This document shows, piece after piece, positions 54,542-57,770 of a DNA stretch of 57,770 nt. The notes under the pieces were generated by a model, which saw nothing but the letters and a program-made list of their open reading frames with translations, searched no databases and was not told where the DNA came from. How positions within the stretch are numbered: position 1 is the stretch's first letter; every line of letters starts with the position of its first letter. Origin of the DNA: a virus. Its lineage: Duplodnaviria > Caudoviricetes. The translations under genes and the position numbers were made by a program. The stretch lies in IMG/VR virus record IMGVR_UViG_3300030090_003001, positions 1 to 57,770 of that record. The stretch is one strand, 5' to 3'.

Positions 54542-54689
54542 AAGCTGATATAGTAGCTTGCATCATAGTAATTACCGCATCTTTTACACTCCTAAAACCT
54601 TGTGTATATATTGCAGCTTTAAAATGAGTATAAAGCTCCCTATCAATACCTCTTATGTTGATGTTGGTTTTATCTCCATTCTCCATCAT
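54525..54689 (-). CDS. Ribbon-helix-helix regulator
   Basis: TNINIRGIDRELYTHFKAA...SVKDAVI; GGAGG RBS before MMENG. Confidence 0.7.
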   Translation of the reverse strand: MMENGDKTNINIRGIDRELYTHFKAAIYTQGFRSVKDAVITMMQATISASKKSQ

Positions 54690-54915
54690 CACCCTCCTTT
54701 TCTGTAATAGGTGTATCATCTGGGTATTCACCTCCCATAAGGCAGCCGCTCATAACAACTTTAGTGCGAACCTTTACATCTTTTATATTATCAACAATAT
54801 CATCCCAGTTAAGAGTTGAGCCGCAAGGTAGCAGCTCATTCTCTTGAAAGTATTGTTTATAGGTTATTGTAACTCCAGATGCACCATTTGTTTTTGGTTT
54901 TACGAGTATTATCAT
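54670..54915 (-). CDS. Hypothetical protein
   Basis: Coupled ORF. Confidence 0.6.
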   Translation of the reverse strand: MIILVKPKTNGASGVTITYKQYFQENELLPCGSTLNWDDIVDNIKDVKVRTKVVMSGCLMGGEYPDDTPITEKEGDDGEWR

Positions 54916-55214
54916 TATGCTACCACCTTAGCTTTTACAGACTTAGATTGGTGATACCTTTTTTCCCATAACAGACAGTTAACTCCATCATCATTTGGAT
55001 TCATACTATATATACCAAGTTTAGAGTTAGGCTTATAGTTGGTCTCTATTATATAACCTAAGTCTCTAAAACACTTAATTACCGCTGATAATCTAGTAGT
55101 GTTGAAATTAATAAAAGCATCAACGCTTGTAAGCGAATTGCCATTTAATAAGTGCTTTAGTATTTTTGTTGATTTACTATTTGGATTGTGATGTGCTTTT
55201 GTTCCTCTTTTCAT
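54915..55214 (-). CDS. Winged-HTH phage protein
   Basis: ILKHLLNGNSLTSVDAF...TRLSAVI..FR..GY.I. Confidence 0.8.
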   Translation of the reverse strand: MKRGTKAHHNPNSKSTKILKHLLNGNSLTSVDAFINFNTTRLSAVIKCFRDLGYIIETNYKPNSKLGIYSMNPNDDGVNCLLWEKRYHQSKSVKAKVVA

Positions 55215-55218
55215 AAGG

Positions 55219-55536
55219 CTATTTCTCCTTGTTGTTATTATTAATGTTAATTACTTTTTCTGATTGCTCTATTACTGGTTTAAGATACTCTACCATTGTC
55301 CAGAGTAAAGAATCCCACGAAGCTCCTATTGATGCATCAAACCTTTTATTAAAAAGCTCAATGATGTCAGTTTTTTGTTTGAGTGTGAGTTTCTTATTAT
55401 AACCCTTGAAATGCGTATCTCTATGATTTACCAACAGCCACTCAGCATCTTTACAACAAAATGTAGTGGCTATTGATATACTCTCTGATGCCTTGAAATT
55501 TTCTTTCAAGTACTTTATAACTGCATCCCTTTTCAT
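55219..55536 (-). CDS. Hypothetical protein
   Basis: ORF in the operon. Confidence 0.65.
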   Translation of the reverse strand: MKRDAVIKYLKENFKASESISIATTFCCKDAEWLLVNHRDTHFKGYNKKLTLKQKTDIIELFNKRFDASIGASWDSLLWTMVEYLKPVIEQSEKVININNNNKEK

Positions 55537-55682
55537 TAAGACAAGACCATTGTTATAGCCATCTTAAGAAGCATTATTAATATAGTCACTCCTATGATGT
55601 TTATTGACACCAGAGCAAACCATTGTATGCAAGTTATAGCTTTTGTTTTAAACGACATTCTATTTGGAAATATTAGACTCAT
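55536..55682 (-). CDS. Small membrane protein (not in ORF track)
   Basis: AAGGAG RBS; WFALVSINIIGVTILIMLL; coupled at both ends. Confidence 0.6.
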   Translation of the reverse strand: MSLIFPNRMSFKTKAITCIQWFALVSINIIGVTILIMLLKMAITMVLS

Positions 55683-55846
55683 TTGTTCTCCTTGTTTAAG
55701 TGATTAGTATAGTAGTCATATGCATCTATATTACTACCTTTTACGAAGTCCCAATCAGACATTGATGGGATGTTGTCGTGGTCAAACCCTTGTGCGTATC
55801 CATAAGAGTCTAACCAGTCTTCTGCTGCGTCTTTCATTCTACCCAT
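55679..55846 (-). CDS. Small acidic protein (not in ORF track)
   Basis: AGGAGG RBS; MGRMKDAAEDWLDSYG... Confidence 0.6.
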   Translation of the reverse strand: MGRMKDAAEDWLDSYGYAQGFDHDNIPSMSDWDFVKGSNIDAYDYYTNHLNKENK

Positions 55847-56360
55847 TGCTAACCTCCTTTAACCAGCTACCTCTTATACTCTCACCGCTCCAGCTCAACC
55901 CTTTTTGAAACTCTTGAGTGGCATCCCAAGGATAATCAAAATTATCAATACAGTTACCATAAGGGGTGTCTCCATATTTTTTCATAATTTTAACATCCTC
56001 ATCATACTCTTCTTTAGTAGCTTCCTTAAAAGTACAATGCCAGTTGTGGCCATCCATCCAGCCCCAATCTTCGTGCTTCTGCTCTTCTGATATTTCATAT
56101 ATATGTCTAGTGCCGCCAACATAAAATGTTTTGCCATCAGCATAAAACATAAACTCAACATCGCAAGCCCACCTACCTTCGCTTTGATATTCACGCCACA
56201 CCTTAGTCTTGTTTGCTTGAATCTTGTGTGCCATTCCTTTATCTAAAGCTCTGTCAGAGTATTTGTTTGCAATGCCATTAAAGAAAGCATCAAGCACCTC
56301 TTCCATAGTTTCTCTATTACTATCTGGTTGACAAGTTATGTCTTGAGATTCTAAAGCCAT
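55839..56360 (-). CDS. Hypothetical early protein
   Basis: GGAGG RBS; coupled. Confidence 0.75.
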   Translation of the reverse strand: MALESQDITCQPDSNRETMEEVLDAFFNGIANKYSDRALDKGMAHKIQANKTKVWREYQSEGRWACDVEFMFYADGKTFYVGGTRHIYEISEEQKHEDWGWMDGHNWHCTFKEATKEEYDEDVKIMKKYGDTPYGNCIDNFDYPWDATQEFQKGLSWSGESIRGSWLKEVSNG

Positions 56361-57454
56361 TATGCTACCTCCTCTTCTTCTTTATTATATAGCTCTTGTA
56401 AGTTGATTCCTCTTCTCCACTTCATAAGGTTTTTACTTAACTCAACCTTACCAAGCGAGCAGTTGTTCTTTAACCCATATACATCACTGTTACATAGGTT
56501 AAGCAGCCAAATCACACCACCTTGGGCATAAGATTCAGCGACATCATCCATTGAATCAAAGAAGTTGCTAATACCATTGGTGCTAACATTAAATTGACTG
56601 TTAACACTAGACCTTAGCTTTTCTTCATATTTTCTTTGATGCTCATCCATCCAAGTACCAACAGTCCTTAATATAGCTTTGATTAAATCCCAGTAAGTAC
56701 TCTCTTCATTAATTCCGCAAGTCTTAAGCATACTCTTAGCTCTGTTTGCAGTCCTACTGTCGTGTCTATTATCTGCTGGGAAACTATACTCATAAGACCT
56801 TCCCTCACATAATAAACTTCTACAAGCTATAGGATAGAATAAAGACAGAATGGTATCTAAGTCATCTACAAGTTTCTCTAGGTGTGTCTTTTCAGTATCT
56901 ACAGCCCAGTAATCAGCCAAGTCTCTTTTAGCAAACCATTTTATATTAGTTTTCTGTAAAATGACTGGATTGATTATGCTTTCTATAGAGTTGTTACAAG
57001 TCGCTAAAGCTTTGGCAGCAGCAACCCTTAAGTCTCTTAAGATAGTAAACATAGATGGCTTTTTATCTTTATAAGAAGACTCAATATCGTGGGCTAGTAG
57101 CTCACCAACCTTTTTCCAAGTAGCTCTATCTATTTCGTGGTTCTTGTCGCTCACTAGCTTAGATTGCTTTTTAAGTAGCTTCTTGCCAGACTTTATTCTA
57201 CTTTGTATCTCTTGGTCTTCCCATCCATACTTAACACCATCTCTTACCACATCATCTAATTTGTATTGCTCTGGTGATGTAACTTTATTGTGAAATGTTG
57301 CTAGTATGTCTCCAGTAGTCTCATCAGAGTCATACCCAGTGCTTATAGTCATAGCACACACAGCGAACTTATCAAATATTTGTCTGTATGTACTACATCT
57401 TCCATAACTTATTTTTTCATCAAACCATTCTGGTTCATATGTATTATTTTCCAT
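56360..57454 (-). CDS. Hypothetical early protein
   Basis: 364-aa ORF; AAGGAGCTA RBS. Confidence 0.8.
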   Translation of the reverse strand: MENNTYEPEWFDEKISYGRCSTYRQIFDKFAVCAMTISTGYDSDETTGDILATFHNKVTSPEQYKLDDVVRDGVKYGWEDQEIQSRIKSGKKLLKKQSKLVSDKNHEIDRATWKKVGELLAHDIESSYKDKKPSMFTILRDLRVAAAKALATCNNSIESIINPVILQKTNIKWFAKRDLADYWAVDTEKTHLEKLVDDLDTILSLFYPIACRSLLCEGRSYEYSFPADNRHDSRTANRAKSMLKTCGINEESTYWDLIKAILRTVGTWMDEHQRKYEEKLRSSVNSQFNVSTNGISNFFDSMDDVAESYAQGGVIWLLNLCNSDVYGLKNNCSLGKVELSKNLMKWRRGINLQELYNKEEEEVA

Positions 57455-57653
57455 TGTTTTCTAGCTCCTTTACTAATTGATTAATAGTGTCATTTACTGC
57501 ATCAGCTACTGTGTCTAATACCTCTACTTTGGCGTGAGCAACAGCTCGTTCTAAAGCTCCGCCGCCATCGTAGTGGTCTGGTATTGTAGTGTATTTTGCT
57601 GATGATACTAACTCATCCCTTAGTTTACCTAAGGCTTTTATTACTCGCTCCAT
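57444..57653 (-). CDS. Hypothetical early protein (start also present at 83 in the left repeat copy)
   Basis: AGGAGGAGCT RBS; spans the repeat. Confidence 0.7.
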   Translation of the reverse strand: MERVIKALGKLRDELVSSAKYTTIPDHYDGGGALERAVAHAKVEVLDTVADAVNDTINQLVKELENNGK

Positions 57654-57770
57654 AGCTCCTCCTAGTAAGTTAAGGACACGCCACGCTGTCCAATTGATTG
57701 GTTATCGATTAATATCTCTCTTCTAAATAGTCTTTTTAAAAGAATGTTCATATAGGCAATATCACCTATT
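57571..57770. repeat. Terminal direct repeat, right copy
   Basis: 196/200 identical to 1-200. Confidence 0.97.

Overview
This window looks like a complete, circularly closing ~57,570-bp genome of an AT-rich, uncultured tailed phage with podovirus-type morphogenesis genes. Bases 1-200 repeat at 57571-57770 with 4 synonymous differences. The + strand late block (4246-48271) encodes TerS, TerL, a P22-like portal, scaffold, major capsid, head fibre, adaptor-like proteins, a lysis region (M15 endolysin, holin-like, metallophosphoesterase, mini-MscS-like), nozzle, a 2856-aa collagen-repeat fibre and ejection-type proteins ending in a 3011-aa polyvalent protein. The - strand early/middle block (48368-57770 continuing through 1-3450) encodes ArdC, peptide deformylase, HTH/RHH regulators, Sak3-type recombinase, SSB-like protein, replication initiator, Cas4-like exonuclease, RusA, DUF968-like and NinB-like proteins. 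I recognised no integrase, DNA/RNA polymerase or helicase. The most notable signals are: (i) a ~370-nt hairpin array with one identical 16-nt loop on two different stems, followed by a 60-nt truncated tRNA mimic, leading the ardC early operon; (ii) a DNA-glycosylase-like cassette in the giant ejection protein, bracketed by a ~90-aa repeat and carrying a nested out-of-frame gene with a perfect Shine-Dalgarno; (iii) two matching iteron-plus-hexamer origin-like modules; (iv) an operator shared by the cro-like and terS promoters; (v) apparent avoidance of GATC, CATG and CCWGG. All protein calls come from motif recognition by eye; no searches were run.
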